From NCBI GenBank assembly GCA_027063645.1, contig JAMORK010000037.1:4200-68199 (forward strand): a stretch of DNA of 64,000 nt, in the 5' to 3' direction. Each line of letters begins with the position of its first letter. Positions within the stretch are counted from its first letter, which is position 1. Under the pieces are notes generated by a model. That model made no database searches, was not told where the DNA came from, and saw only the letters and a list, made by a program, of their open reading frames with translations. Positions 39,350 to 50,037 of this stretch are shown here, piece after piece. The stretch comes from Sulfurimonas sp. (GTDB lineage: Bacteria > Campylobacterota > Campylobacteria > Campylobacterales > Sulfurimonadaceae). The translations under genes and the position numbers were made by a program.

Positions 39350-40936
39350 GTGCAAACTGAAGGTATTGGTTTAGAATATTTCCCATATAATGCCATTATC
39401 TTAGAGTATTATAAACATTCTTTTAGAGTAATCGATACAAATGAAAGAACACTTCAAAGTGAAGGTATCTCTCGAGAAAACTTTATTGGTAAAAAGATAG
39501 ATGATTTAGTAGAAAATCTTACCGAGATTGGCTTTTATAAGGATCTCTTGAGTGTTTATAATACAGGGGAGAGAAAAGATCTTTACCTCCCATTTTATCA
39601 AAAAAATAAATTAACGAAATACCATAAAGGTACGATTCAAAGACTTCCAAATAAAACACTTTTATTAGCTTATAAAGATATAGATAATTCCCAAGATTTA
39701 AAACTTCAAGAGAGTTTAGAAAAGTTTGAAAAGATCTCAAATAACTCCTTGTTTGGTGTTTTTATGTTTAAAGAAACTTATACCTATGCTAATGAAGCTT
39801 TTTTAAAAATGACAGGTTATAGTTTTGAAGAGTTGCAAACTATGCGACCTTGGGAGTTAGCAAATCCATCTGCACATAAAGAACTGAAAAAAAATATTCA
39901 ACGGCGTTTATCTGGAGAAATATTTTTATCTACTTATGAAAAAGTACAGCTACACACAAAAGATGGTAGAGATTTATGTATCAAATTGTCTGTTGAGAGT
40001 GTTTATTATGAAGGTGGATATGGTGGCATTGGAACAGTTGTTGATATTAGTGATGTGATTGAAAAAAAGCATAAACTACGACTTTTAGCACAAGCTCTAG
40101 AGCAAACTGATAATATGCTGATGATTTCTGATGTGAATGGTTATATCACTTATATAAATGATATCTTAGCAACAACATTTGAATATACTAAAGAGGAACT
40201 CCTTGGTGCAAAAACAAATATTTTTAAATCAGGGAGATATGAAAACAGTTTTTATGAGGATCTTTGGAATACAATCCTTGCTGGAGAGAATTATCATAAT
40301 AAAATTGTCAATAAAACAAAATCAGGCAAATTTATAGATGTTGAACTCAATATTACCCCTATCTATGCAAATGGAAAAGTGGAGTCTTTTGTTGCAACAA
40401 GTAAAGATATTACAGAAGAGACCAGTACTCAAAAACGGCTCCATGAATTAGCAACGAAAGATGCACTTACAAAAATTAGCAATCGCTATGCAATTAGTAA
40501 GTATATACATGAGCAGGTGATATCTTTTAATCGTAATCATAGCCCTTTTGCTCTTATAATGTTTGATATAGATAGATTTAAAATATTTAATGATACCTAT
40601 GGTCATTATGTAGGAGACTTAGTACTTATAGATGTGTGTCAGGAGATCTCTAAAAATTTAAGACCTTTAGATAGATTTGGGCGTTGGGGTGGAGAAGAGT
40701 TTATGATAATGCTTCCAGATACAAAAGAGGAGGAGGCTTTACTTGCTGCACAAAAGATAAGAAAACTAATTGAAAATATTTCTATCAACGGTAATTATCA
40801 TGTAACTATAAGTGCTGGTGTATGTGTATATCGTGGAGATGAAACAAGATTAGAACTTTTAAATAGAGTAGATAAAGCATTATATGAAGCGAAAGAGAGT
40901 GGAAGAAATAGAGTGGTGTTGAAGAAAAGCTTATAG
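39350..40936 (+). CDS. PAS-PAS-(PAS)-GGDEF diguanylate cyclase
   Basis: PAS motifs (YANEAFLKMTGYS.EEL; FEYTKEELLG...FYEDLWNTI), DALT, DIDRFK..NDTYGH..GD, RPLD I-site, RWGGEEF. Confidence 0.9.
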   Translation: MQTEGIGLEYFPYNAIILEYYKHSFRVIDTNERTLQSEGISRENFIGKKIDDLVENLTEIGFYKDLLSVYNTGERKDLYLPFYQKNKLTKYHKGTIQRLPNKTLLLAYKDIDNSQDLKLQESLEKFEKISNNSLFGVFMFKETYTYANEAFLKMTGYSFEELQTMRPWELANPSAHKELKKNIQRRLSGEIFLSTYEKVQLHTKDGRDLCIKLSVESVYYEGGYGGIGTVVDISDVIEKKHKLRLLAQALEQTDNMLMISDVNGYITYINDILATTFEYTKEELLGAKTNIFKSGRYENSFYEDLWNTILAGENYHNKIVNKTKSGKFIDVELNITPIYANGKVESFVATSKDITEETSTQKRLHELATKDALTKISNRYAISKYIHEQVISFNRNHSPFALIMFDIDRFKIFNDTYGHYVGDLVLIDVCQEISKNLRPLDRFGRWGGEEFMIMLPDTKEEEALLAAQKIRKLIENISINGNYHVTISAGVCVYRGDETRLELLNRVDKALYEAKESGRNRVVLKKSL

Positions 40937-41527
40937 CTCTTCTTCATGTTTTGCTAGGTAATCAGCAACGCCTTCAGCATCAGCTTTCATACCTTCGTCA
41001 CCTTTTTGCCAACCAGCAGGACAAACTTCACCAAACTCATCAGTAAATTGTTGTGCATCGATCATACGAAGCATCTCATCAACATTACGTCCAAGTGGAA
41101 GATCATTTACTACTGCATGACGAACAACACCCTTGTTGTCGATTAGGAATGAACCACGAAGTGCAACAGAGTCACCTAGAAGAACATCATAGTCACGAGC
41201 AATATTTTTAGTTAAATCAGCTACAAGTGGGAAATTGATACGGCCAATTCCACCTTTGTTAACTGGAGTTTCTCTCCATGCGAAGTGAGAAAATTGTGAA
41301 TCAACAGAGATACCTACAACATTTACACCACGTTTTTGGAACTCTTCATATCTATGAGAGAATGCGATGATTTCTGAAGGACAAACAAACGTAAAGTCTA
41401 GTGGGTAAAAGAATACAACTGTACCTTTTTCACCAAAGTTTTCACTTAGTTTGAAGTCTTCAACGATTGAGCCATCTGCTAAAACTGCAGTTGCTGTAAA
41501 ATCCGGAGCTGGGTTAGTTACGATCAT
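40931..41527 (-). CDS. ahpC: 2-Cys peroxiredoxin AhpC
   Basis: FFYPLDFTFVCPSE and GEVCPAGW. Confidence 0.97.
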   Translation of the reverse strand: MIVTNPAPDFTATAVLADGSIVEDFKLSENFGEKGTVVFFYPLDFTFVCPSEIIAFSHRYEEFQKRGVNVVGISVDSQFSHFAWRETPVNKGGIGRINFPLVADLTKNIARDYDVLLGDSVALRGSFLIDNKGVVRHAVVNDLPLGRNVDEMLRMIDAQQFTDEFGEVCPAGWQKGDEGMKADAEGVADYLAKHEEEL

Positions 41528-41720
41528 CTAATTTCCTTATTTATTTTAAATTGGTGTAATTTTAGCTGAAAAATATTAATAATGCTCTAAGAGAGAAAAT
41601 ATAAGATCTAAATATAGAAAATTTTAAGTATATGCAATTCATAATTTTTTTATTAGTGAGACTTAGATATAATCCTGACGATTTATAGGACTAGAGCTTA
41701 TATTTCAATAAGGAAAATCG

Positions 41721-42878
41721 ATGACGAAAGAGTATATATTTACCTCAGAGTCTGTAACAGAAGGGCACCCTGATAAGATGGCAGATCAGATCAGTGATGC
41801 AATTCTGGATTATATTATTGAGCATGATCCAAAGGCACGTGTTGCGTGTGAAACTTTGGTATCAAATGGTTTTTGTGTAATTGCAGGCGAACTGAAAACA
41901 ACGGCTTATGCCCCTATGCAAGAGATTGCTAGAAAGGTGATCCAAGAGATTGGATATACTGACGCTAACTATGGTTTTGACTATAGAGCGGCAGCAGTTC
42001 TAAATGGAATCGGTGAGCAATCGCCTGATATTAATCAAGGTGTTGATCAAGCTGATGGCGAGATTGGTGCAGGTGATCAAGGGTTGATGTTTGGATATGC
42101 ATGTCGTGAGACAGATGTACTTATGCCTTTACCTATTCACTTAGCACATCGCCTTACACAACGTTTAGCATTTGTGCGTAAAGAGGGGATTGTTCCTTAT
42201 CTTCGTCCAGATGGTAAAGCACAAATTAGTGTGCGTTATATAGATGATAAACCAGTAGCAGTGGAAACTGTGGTTATCTCTACACAACATCATGATGGGA
42301 TTACACAAGAGCAGATCCATAAAGATATGATTCAAGAGGTTATACGTGAAGTTATTCCTGCTGAGATGATGGATGAAAATACTATTTTTCACATCAACCC
42401 AACTGGAAAATTTGTAATTGGTGGACCACAAGGTGATGCAGGTCTTACAGGGCGTAAAATTATTGTAGATACCTATGGTGGAAGCTGTCCTCATGGTGGT
42501 GGAGCTTTTTCTGGGAAAGATCCAACCAAGGTAGATAGAAGTGCAGCTTATGCAGCGCGTCATGTCGCAAAAAACCTTGTAGCAAGTGGTGCATGTGACA
42601 AGGCGACTATCCAAGTAGCTTATGCTATTGGTGTTGTTCAGCCTGTGTCTATTATGGTAGATACACATGGAACTGGTAAAGTTGAAGAAGACAAAATTGA
42701 AGAGTGTGTAAAAGCACTTTTTGATTTAAGCCCAGCAGGGATTATTGAGTCTCTTGATCTATTAAAACCCATCTATAGAAAAACTGCTGCTTATGGCCAT
42801 TTTGGTCGTGAAGAAGATGGTTTTACTTGGGAAAAAACAAATCGAGCAGAGGAGATTAAAAACTACTTAGGTCTTTAA
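41721..42878 (+). CDS. metK: S-adenosylmethionine synthase
   Basis: [35 protein letters not shown]. Confidence 0.98.
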   Translation: MTKEYIFTSESVTEGHPDKMADQISDAILDYIIEHDPKARVACETLVSNGFCVIAGELKTTAYAPMQEIARKVIQEIGYTDANYGFDYRAAAVLNGIGEQSPDINQGVDQADGEIGAGDQGLMFGYACRETDVLMPLPIHLAHRLTQRLAFVRKEGIVPYLRPDGKAQISVRYIDDKPVAVETVVISTQHHDGITQEQIHKDMIQEVIREVIPAEMMDENTIFHINPTGKFVIGGPQGDAGLTGRKIIVDTYGGSCPHGGGAFSGKDPTKVDRSAAYAARHVAKNLVASGACDKATIQVAYAIGVVQPVSIMVDTHGTGKVEEDKIEECVKALFDLSPAGIIESLDLLKPIYRKTAAYGHFGREEDGFTWEKTNRAEEIKNYLGL

Positions 42879-42883
42879 TCTTT

Positions 42884-42917
42884 GGTATCAATGGTGAATT
42901 AAATCGCCATTGGTATT
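42884..42917 (+). terminator. Hairpin downstream of metK (possible terminator or stabiliser)
   Basis: GGTATCAATGGTGA-ATTAAA-TCGCCATTGGTATT forms a 14-bp stem with G-U pairs; poor U-tract. Confidence 0.45.
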
Positions 42918-43033
42918 GTATATCTTCAAATAGTGTAACAATTTCCCCTTTTTTTCAAACTCATAAACAATTTTAGCTACATTTAAAAATCTTCGTAGTA
43001 TAGTTACTTTAACAAAAATTTAGGAGAATAATA

Positions 43034-43318
43034 ATGGCAGTATATATTAATGATACATGTATTAACTGTGGCGCTTGTATTGATGAGTGTCCAGTAGAAG
43101 CGATAGTAGATGAAGATGATAATCCAACTGGTGAAGAAATTTACTATGTGTATGGCGATAAATGTGTAGAGTGTGTGGGTCATCATGATGAACCAGCATG
43201 TGCTACTGCTTGTCCTACTGAAGGTTGTATCACTTGGGATGCTATTGGAGACTCTCCAGAGCATCGTGAAGATATTACAGATGAGCAACGTGCAAATAAA
43301 GAACCTGTTGTAGAATAG
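43034..43318 (+). CDS. fdxA: 2[4Fe-4S] ferredoxin
   Basis: CINCGACIDECP and CVECVGHHDEPACATACP; upstream of ndk as in C. jejuni. Confidence 0.9.
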   Translation: MAVYINDTCINCGACIDECPVEAIVDEDDNPTGEEIYYVYGDKCVECVGHHDEPACATACPTEGCITWDAIGDSPEHREDITDEQRANKEPVVE

Positions 43319-43333
43319 TTCTTCTTTCCTACT

Positions 43334-43361
43334 ACAAAGTACCTCTTGGTACTTTGTTTTT
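43334..43361 (+). terminator. Rho-independent terminator after ferredoxin
   Basis: ACAAAGTACC-TCTT-GGTACTTTGT followed by a T-run. Confidence 0.75.
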
Positions 43362-43477
43362 ATGAGTAAAATACTTTCCCATTTTACTAAAAATCCACAA
43401 AATTTACTTTTTAAACTAAAATACACTTTTTTTTAGATATAATCCCATCCTAATTTTATATTTTCAGAGGAGTTTTG

Positions 43478-43891
43478 ATGGAAAGAACACTATCAATAAT
43501 CAAACCAGATGCAGTTGCTAAAGGTGTTATAGGCAAAATTTTAGACAGATTCGAAAGTAATGGTCTTAAAATCGCTGCTACAAGAAAGATTCAACTTTCA
43601 CGTGGTGATGCAGAAGCATTTTATGCTATTCACGCTGAGCGTCCTTTTTTCAACGACTTAGTTGATTTCATGATCAGTGGTCCAGTTGTAGTTTCAGTAC
43701 TTGAAGGTGAAAATGCAATGCAAAAAAACCGTGATTTAATGGGTGCTACTAACCCTAAAGAAGCTGAAGCTGGTACTATCCGTGCAGACTTCGCTGAAAA
43801 TATTGATGCTAATGCAGTTCACGGAAGTGATTCTGTTGAAAATGCAGCAGTAGAAATTGCATTTTTCTTCTCTGAAAGAGAAATCTCTTAA
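43478..43891 (+). CDS. ndk: Nucleoside diphosphate kinase
   Basis: [32 protein letters not shown]; ATG 43478 follows GAGGAG. Confidence 0.98.
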   Translation: MERTLSIIKPDAVAKGVIGKILDRFESNGLKIAATRKIQLSRGDAEAFYAIHAERPFFNDLVDFMISGPVVVSVLEGENAMQKNRDLMGATNPKEAEAGTIRADFAENIDANAVHGSDSVENAAVEIAFFFSEREIS

Positions 43892-43901
43892 GTAGAATTG
43901 T

Positions 43902-44270
43902 TTGAAAATAACTCTACGAAAAGTAACGAAGACACCATTAGATTTTGTAGTAAAGTCTGGTGAAATAACTTTTAAAGGTTATTTAGAGTATCATTCAGGC
44001 AAATTGATTTTGCTCAAGGCAAACTTGTCGGGTTTTCTTATAAAACCGTGTGATATTTGTGCAGAAGAATTTAAACTAACAGTGGATGAAGAAGTTGAAT
44101 TTTTCATCTCTGATGGTATTTATGAAGACGACAGTAGCATCGAACTTGATGTTGTTGAGTCCTTCGATGGTATAGCAGATGTTGAAGAGCTTTTAAACTC
44201 TGAGATTGAGCTTATCAAAAGTGATTATCACTCATGTGATAATTGTAAAAGTTCTGATGAAGAACTTTAA
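43902..44270 (+). CDS. YceD/DUF177-like protein
   Basis: PCDICAEEF and C-terminal HSCDNC; immediately upstream of rpmF. Confidence 0.75.
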   Translation: MKITLRKVTKTPLDFVVKSGEITFKGYLEYHSGKLILLKANLSGFLIKPCDICAEEFKLTVDEEVEFFISDGIYEDDSSIELDVVESFDGIADVEELLNSEIELIKSDYHSCDNCKSSDEEL

Positions 44271-44294
44271 AAAATTTAAATAAGGAATTAAGAT

Positions 44295-44444
44295 ATGGCA
44301 GTACCTAAGAGAAGAGTATCACACTCTCGTTCAGCAAAACGTAGAACACATTACAAAATCACTTTAGCTAAACCAGTTAAATGTGAAGATGGAACTTATA
44401 AATTACCACACCACATCAACCCAACGACTGGTGAGTATAAATAG
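44295..44444 (+). CDS. rpmF: 50S ribosomal protein L32 (not in ORF track)
   Basis: Manual translation [49 protein letters not shown]; SD AAGGA; lies between yceD and plsX. Confidence 0.96.
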   Translation: MAVPKRRVSHSRSAKRRTHYKITLAKPVKCEDGTYKLPHHINPTTGEYK

Positions 44445-44447
44445 TCA

Positions 44448-45446
44448 ATGGTAAAGATTGCTATTGATGCAATGGGCGGGGACTTTGGTCCTGAGCCAAT
44501 TGTTAAGGGTTGTATAAACGCACTTAAAAAGAAAAACTTCATACCTATTCTCGTAGGAAAAAAATCAGAAATTTTACCTCTGTTACCTTCTCGTTATAAA
44601 GATAAGATTTCAATTCTAGATACAGATGATGTTATATCTATGAGTGATGCAGCTACTGATGCAGTCAAACGTAAAGAGAGTACAATCTATAAAGCGGTAG
44701 ACCTTGTCAAAAAAGGTGAAGCTGATGGTGTTGTATCTGCTGGACACAGTGGTGCTACGATGACCTTAGCTACACTGAGACTAGGACGTCTTAAGGGTGT
44801 TTCACGTCCTGCGCTTGTGACACTTATGCCAACAAAAGTGGGACGACGTTCTGTCGTTTTAGATGTTGGAGCAAATGTTGATTCAAAACCTGAACATTTA
44901 GTAGAGTTTGCTGTTATGGGTGGATGTTATGCAGAAGATGTACTTAACATTAAAGAACCAAGTATAGGGCTCTTAGCAAATGGTGAAGAATCTTCTAAAG
45001 GAAATGAAGTTACAAAAGCAGCTTTTAAACTCTTAGAGGGCTATAGAGGCTTTAAAGGGAATGTTGAAGGTGGAGATATTTTCAATGGAAGCTGTGATGT
45101 TATCACTTGTGATGGCTTTATAGGTAACTTAGTTTTAAAAACAAGTGAAGGGGTGGCCTCAACTATCTCTGGCCTTATCAAAGATTATATCCGTAAGTCC
45201 CCTGTAGCAATTACTGGAGCACTTCTTATGCGTAAGGTATTTAAACTGCTTAAAAAAGAGATTGACTATGCTGAAGTTGGTGGTGCTCCTCTTATTGGGA
45301 TTAAAGGTTGTGCTATCGTTTCTCATGGTAAAAGTAATGCCAAAGCGATAGAAAATGCAATCTATCAAGCTATAGCATATGTCGATACTGGTGTAAATGA
45401 ACACATCACATCTCGACTGGCAGAGTTAAAACAAAAGGACAACTAA
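44448..45446 (+). CDS. plsX: Phosphate acyltransferase PlsX
   Basis: [43 protein letters not shown]. Confidence 0.97.
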   Translation: MVKIAIDAMGGDFGPEPIVKGCINALKKKNFIPILVGKKSEILPLLPSRYKDKISILDTDDVISMSDAATDAVKRKESTIYKAVDLVKKGEADGVVSAGHSGATMTLATLRLGRLKGVSRPALVTLMPTKVGRRSVVLDVGANVDSKPEHLVEFAVMGGCYAEDVLNIKEPSIGLLANGEESSKGNEVTKAAFKLLEGYRGFKGNVEGGDIFNGSCDVITCDGFIGNLVLKTSEGVASTISGLIKDYIRKSPVAITGALLMRKVFKLLKKEIDYAEVGGAPLIGIKGCAIVSHGKSNAKAIENAIYQAIAYVDTGVNEHITSRLAELKQKDN

Positions 45447-46444
45447 TGGCTTATGCAGCATTCCGCTCGATTGGAGCTTATGTTCCTCAAAAGATTTTAA
45501 CAAATGAAGATCTTGCACATATGGTAGATACTTCAGATGAGTGGATTACAAAACGTACAGGTATTAAAGAGCGTCATATTGCAGCAGAGGATGAATTTAC
45601 TTCAGACCTTGGTGTAAAAGCTGCTCAAAAAGCGATAGAGAGAAGTGGTGTAGCACTTGAAGATATCGACATGGTAGTGTGTGCAACAATCTCACCAGAT
45701 TACTTTTGTATGCCATCAACTGCGACTATTATCTCTACAAAACTTGGAATTAAAAATGTTACAGCATTTGACATTTCAGCTGCATGTACAGGTTTTATCT
45801 ATGTTCTTTCTATCGCGAAGGCTTTTATAGAGTCTGGTATGAAAAAGAATGTACTTATTATTGGTGCTGAAAAACTCTCTGCTATTACAGACTATAATGA
45901 CCGTGGAACTTGTATACTCTTTGGTGATGGTGCAGGTGCTGCTGTAATCTCTGCTACTGAGAATAAAGAAGAAGCAATACTTGATGTACATACTGGTGCT
46001 GATGGTGAGTATGCTGATCTGCTTATGACTCCAAATGGTGGAAGTGGTTCTGCTCATGATTCTTTAAACCAAGAAGCAGATGGTTGTTTTATGCAGATGA
46101 AGGGGAATGAAACTTTTAAGGTTGCAGTTCGTACTTTAACAAAAGATGTAAAAGAGATTTTGGCTGAAAACAACATCTCTTCGGAGTCAATTAAACACTT
46201 TGTTCCACATCAAGCTAACTACCGTATTATTAAAGCAGTAGGTGATGCATTAAAGATGAGAGAAGAGCAAGTGATTGTAACAGTTGCTAAGTATGGTAAT
46301 ACATCTGGTGCTTCTATCCCTATGGCTATCAATGATATCTATGAATCTGGTCGTCTTCAAGCAGGCGAAATGATGTTACTTGATGCTTTTGGTGGAGGTC
46401 TTACTTGGGGATCTGCACTTGTTCCTTTTTCACCAATAAAATAA
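45446..46444 (+). CDS. fabH: 3-oxoacyl-ACP synthase III
   Basis: [46 protein letters not shown]. Confidence 0.97.
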   Translation: MAYAAFRSIGAYVPQKILTNEDLAHMVDTSDEWITKRTGIKERHIAAEDEFTSDLGVKAAQKAIERSGVALEDIDMVVCATISPDYFCMPSTATIISTKLGIKNVTAFDISAACTGFIYVLSIAKAFIESGMKKNVLIIGAEKLSAITDYNDRGTCILFGDGAGAAVISATENKEEAILDVHTGADGEYADLLMTPNGGSGSAHDSLNQEADGCFMQMKGNETFKVAVRTLTKDVKEILAENNISSESIKHFVPHQANYRIIKAVGDALKMREEQVIVTVAKYGNTSGASIPMAINDIYESGRLQAGEMMLLDAFGGGLTWGSALVPFSPIK

Positions 46445-46450
46445 TACCTT

Positions 46451-46477
46451 GTCCAACTTTTTCGTTGGACTTTTTTT
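46451..46477 (+). terminator. Rho-independent terminator after fabH
   Basis: GTCCAAC-TTTTTC-GTTGGAC followed by TTTTTTT. Confidence 0.75.
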
Positions 46478-46853
46478 ACTTCACTTTTTGTAAAGCCTCA
46501 AAAATTCTCTTATGAAACTTTTTCTCATCTGGTAATAAAAATCTACCATCACGTTGTTTTTCCCCCCACATAGGGTTTGGAAAGTAACTGTCCTCTTTAA
46601 ATCTTGCCATCACATGGATATGAACACGAGGAAGCATATTTGCGAATGAAGCCATATTAATCTTAGTAGGTTTATAGTAAAGCTTCATCTCCTCTTCGAT
46701 GATATCGTACACTTCCCATAATCTTATACGTAGCTCTTTAGGAAGATCACCTAACTCTTTATAGGGCTCTTTTGTAAATATTTTAAGCCAAGGGATCTCA
46801 CTCTCCTCTTTCTCTATATATATTTCATGGTCTTCATAGATAAGTAGATGCAT
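46476..46853 (-). CDS. HIT family protein
   Basis: KINMASFANMLPRVHIHVMARF..D..FPNPMWG; likely start ATG 46853 with SD AAGGA. Confidence 0.85.
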   Translation of the reverse strand: MHLLIYEDHEIYIEKEESEIPWLKIFTKEPYKELGDLPKELRIRLWEVYDIIEEEMKLYYKPTKINMASFANMLPRVHIHVMARFKEDSYFPNPMWGEKQRDGRFLLPDEKKFHKRIFEALQKVK

Positions 46854-46929
46854 AATATATCCTTTAAGGATGTATTTTATCATAAATAGTTGATATTAAA
46901 ATGTAAGGGTTGATTGGGAGTTGAGGGGG

Positions 46930-46950
46930 TTCCCATACAAAGTATGGGAA
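46930..46950. terminator. Hairpin downstream of the DEAD-box gene
   Basis: TTCCCATAC-AAA-GTATGGGAA, a perfect 9-bp inverted repeat; no U-tract on the minus strand. Confidence 0.45.
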
Positions 46951-46976
46951 TAATCTAGTAATTAAAAGAGTCTAGA

Positions 46977-48548
46977 TTAGTCTCTATTGCGGTTAGAACT
47001 TCCACCTGAACGGCTACGGCTACCACGGTAACCACCACCATCACGGCTTCCTCCGCTACGGCTTCCACCACCACCTGAACGGTTACGGTTGTTGTTACCA
47101 CGGTAACCACCACCACTTCTTCCACGACCACGACCACGAGAATTTCCACCACGTTGTGCAGCACGAGCTAAAATAGCATCAAGTTTATCTTCAGGGATAC
47201 CGATGCTACTTGGTCCTTGGATATCTTGTTTATCTAAAATCATAGAGATTAGTTTGTACATAATAGTTTCTTCATCTATGTCTTCTTTAAGACGGTCAAG
47301 AAGTTTATGTGCTTCATCATAGATTTTATGATCTTCGATCGCTTGTACCATATTGTCTATAGTACTACTTCTAAGATCTGTTTTACTTGGTACAAATGCA
47401 TGAGCCATTGAAGTACCAACTTTTTGTTTGATACGTTGAAGCTCTTTAAACTCTAATGGAGTAAGTAGAGTGATAGCCTTGCCTTTTGTACCAGCACGAC
47501 CAGTTCTACCAATACGGTGAACATAAGACTCAGGATCAAATGGGATATGGTAGTTAAATACATGACTGATGTTATCTACATGGATACCACGAGCAGCAAC
47601 ATCTGTAGCAACAAGTACTTTAACAGAGTTTGATTTAAACCCTTTAATTACTGTTTCACGTTGGCGTTGCTCCATATCTCCATGAAGACCATTAGCTAAG
47701 TAACCAGCATTGCTAAGAACATTACTAAGACGATCTACTTCAGATTTTGTTCTACAAAATACAACTGATTTTTTAGTAGTTTCTGAATCCATAAGACGGA
47801 TGATTGCATCGTCGCGTTCATGTTCATCAATTACATAGTAAAGTTGTTCAATATCAGAGTTTGTAGTCTCACCTTTAGTGATAGAGATAAACTCTGGATT
47901 TTTTAAGATTCTACTTGCAAGCGTTTTAATTGGCTGTGGCATAGTAGCTGAGAAAAGAAGTGTTTGACGATTTGTTGGCAAGTATGTGAATATCTCGTTG
48001 ATATCATCTAAGAAACCCATATCGAGCATCTCATCTGCTTCATCTAGTACAACCATACTTGGTGCAAAATTATCAAGCATATTTTTCTTTAAGATATCTA
48101 AAAGACGTCCTGGTGTTGCTACAACAACTGAAGCACCACGAGCTATAAGGTCTAGTTGACGTTTATATGAGCTACCACCATAAACTGTTACAGTTTTAAC
48201 ACCTAAGTTACGACCATATTTAAAGATCTCATCACTTACTTGTGTAGCAAGTTCACGAGTTGGTGTAATTACTAAAAGTTCTACTGAACCATCAAGTTTC
48301 ATGTTATGAAGAGCTGGAAGTGCAAAAGCAGCAGTTTTACCTGTACCTGTGTGTGCTTGACCAACCATGTCACGACCATCAATAACTAATGGGATTGCTT
48401 GTTCTTGAATAGGGGAAGGTGCAGTGAAACCTGCGAATTTAATACTTTTAAGTATCTCTGGTTTTAAACCTAACTCATCAAAAGTTACGATTTCTTCTTC
48501 TACTACTGTTTCTACTTGTTTTTCTGTTTGTGCATTTTCTTGCATCAT
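46977..48548 (-). CDS. DEAD-box RNA helicase (DeaD/CshA-like) with RGG-rich tail
   Basis: Q motif, GTGKT, PTRELA, TPGR, LDEAD, SAT, HRIGRTGRAG; Gly/Arg/Ser-rich C-terminus. Confidence 0.95.
   Translation of the reverse strand: MMQENAQTEKQVETVVEEEIVTFDELGLKPEILKSIKFAGFTAPSPIQEQAIPLVIDGRDMVGQAHTGTGKTAAFALPALHNMKLDGSVELLVITPTRELATQVSDEIFKYGRNLGVKTVTVYGGSSYKRQLDLIARGASVVVATPGRLLDILKKNMLDNFAPSMVVLDEADEMLDMGFLDDINEIFTYLPTNRQTLLFSATMPQPIKTLASRILKNPEFISITKGETTNSDIEQLYYVIDEHERDDAIIRLMDSETTKKSVVFCRTKSEVDRLSNVLSNAGYLANGLHGDMEQRQRETVIKGFKSNSVKVLVATDVAARGIHVDNISHVFNYHIPFDPESYVHRIGRTGRAGTKGKAITLLTPLEFKELQRIKQKVGTSMAHAFVPSKTDLRSSTIDNMVQAIEDHKIYDEAHKLLDRLKEDIDEETIMYKLISMILDKQDIQGPSSIGIPEDKLDAILARAAQRGGNSRGRGRGRSGGGYRGNNNRNRSGGGGSRSGGSRDGGGYRGSRSRSGGSSNRNRD
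47021..47115. repeat. 20-bp direct repeat within the RGG-tail coding region
   Basis: TACCACGGTAACCACCACCA at 47021-47040 and 47096-47115 (encodes GGGYRG twice). Confidence 0.7.
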
Positions 48549-48780
48549 TATCCTTTAACCAAGGAGTAGATACAAGATTGCTCCAAAAGCAAAAATAACC
48601 TTCTCCCTGAAATGTGAATGGAATTATACCCAAATATTTCTAAGTTTAATTTAAAGTCTATTCTATTTTTATTTACTTAAGTTTAGAGTGCTACTTAATG
48701 GTGTGATTTGACAAAATGTCATATTTATTATTTACATACACAAATTGAGTATAATATCTTAAAATATTTGAGGAATTTTT

Positions 48781-50037
48781 ATGCAAGAAAATTTGTTTGT
48801 TATCGTATCTGCTGTTTTATTTGTACTGTTTTTAGTAATACTATTTTTTTATCTTAATGAACGAGGAAGATATAAAGCATTAGAACAAGAGCAACAAGAG
48901 CTTAAAGAGGATCTGTTCAAAGAGAAATCTGACCTAGAGTTACAACTTGCTGTACTACATACTCGTTATGAGGAGGAGATCAAATCTTCTAGTGAGAAAC
49001 TTATTATTTTACAAGAGGCAAAAGAGGAACTCTCCAAGGAGTTTAAACTTCTCTCTAGTCAGATATTTGAAGAGAAATCAAAAAGTTTAAATAGCTCAAA
49101 CAAAGAACAACTAGAACTTTTACTTAAACCTTTTCGAGAACAAATTACAAGTTTTGCAAAACAGACACAGGAGCAGTTTCAAACAGAACTCAAAGATAGA
49201 CATTTACTTAAAGATGAGCTTTCGCGTTTACAACAGATGAATGCACAACTTTCACAAGATGCTATCAATCTTACCCATGCACTTAAGGGTGAGAATAAAA
49301 CACAAGGAAACTGGGGTGAGATAGTTTTAGAAAATATTTTAGAGCAATCTGGTCTTCGTGAGGGTGTTGAGTATGAATTACAAGCCACACTAAAATCACA
49401 AGAGGGAAAAAGCTATCGTCCTGATGTTATTATTCACATGCCTCGTGAACGTGACATTATTATAGACTCTAAAGTATCGCTTGTTGCTTATGAGAAATTT
49501 ATGAGTAGTGAAGATGAAGAGTTGAAACAAAAAGCCTTAAAAGAGCACATAGGAAGTATATCTTCACATATCAAAGGTTTAAGCGAGAAGAAGTATGAGA
49601 AACTTGAAGGGGTAAGAACTCTTGATTTTGTTCTTCTTTTTATGCCTATAGAGGGTGCATTTTTATTGGCACTTGAGCATGATGGGGAGTTTTTTAAACG
49701 AGCCTATGAGAGTAATATTTTAGTAGTTTCACCATCTACCCTACTCGTAACTCTTCGAACGATAGAGCATATATGGAGAACACAACGCCAAGAGGAACAT
49801 GCTAAAAAGATAGCTGATGAGGGGGAAGCGATGCTTCACAAGTTAGCTTTATTTGTTGATGAGATGAATAAAATAGGAACACTCTTAGACAATACAAAAA
49901 AATCTTATGACACTGCAATGGGAAGACTCAGCTCAGGAAATGGTAATGTGATCAAGCGAGCTGAAAATATGCAAAAACTTGGACTCAAGCTAAAAAAACA
50001 GATAGCACTTCGTTCACAAGATCAAGAGAGTGAATAA
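48781..50037 (+). CDS. rmuC: DNA recombination protein RmuC
   Basis: N-terminal TM and coiled coil; QGNWGE..LE.ILE.SGL, RPDVII, IIDSKVSL, DFVLLFMPIE, SPSTL. Confidence 0.93.
   Translation: MQENLFVIVSAVLFVLFLVILFFYLNERGRYKALEQEQQELKEDLFKEKSDLELQLAVLHTRYEEEIKSSSEKLIILQEAKEELSKEFKLLSSQIFEEKSKSLNSSNKEQLELLLKPFREQITSFAKQTQEQFQTELKDRHLLKDELSRLQQMNAQLSQDAINLTHALKGENKTQGNWGEIVLENILEQSGLREGVEYELQATLKSQEGKSYRPDVIIHMPRERDIIIDSKVSLVAYEKFMSSEDEELKQKALKEHIGSISSHIKGLSEKKYEKLEGVRTLDFVLLFMPIEGAFLLALEHDGEFFKRAYESNILVVSPSTLLVTLRTIEHIWRTQRQEEHAKKIADEGEAMLHKLALFVDEMNKIGTLLDNTKKSYDTAMGRLSSGNGNVIKRAENMQKLGLKLKKQIALRSQDQESE

Noticed and set aside
41528-41720. SAM riboswitch upstream of metK
   Set aside because: The probable -10 at 41668-73 leaves only a ~40-nt leader, and I see no SAM-I/II core motifs.
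42165-43426. Antisense ORFs of 167 aa (over metK) and 140 aa (over fdxA)
   Set aside because: Shadow frames of conserved genes with atypical composition. The same applies to the other 60-135-aa nested ORFs in the track.
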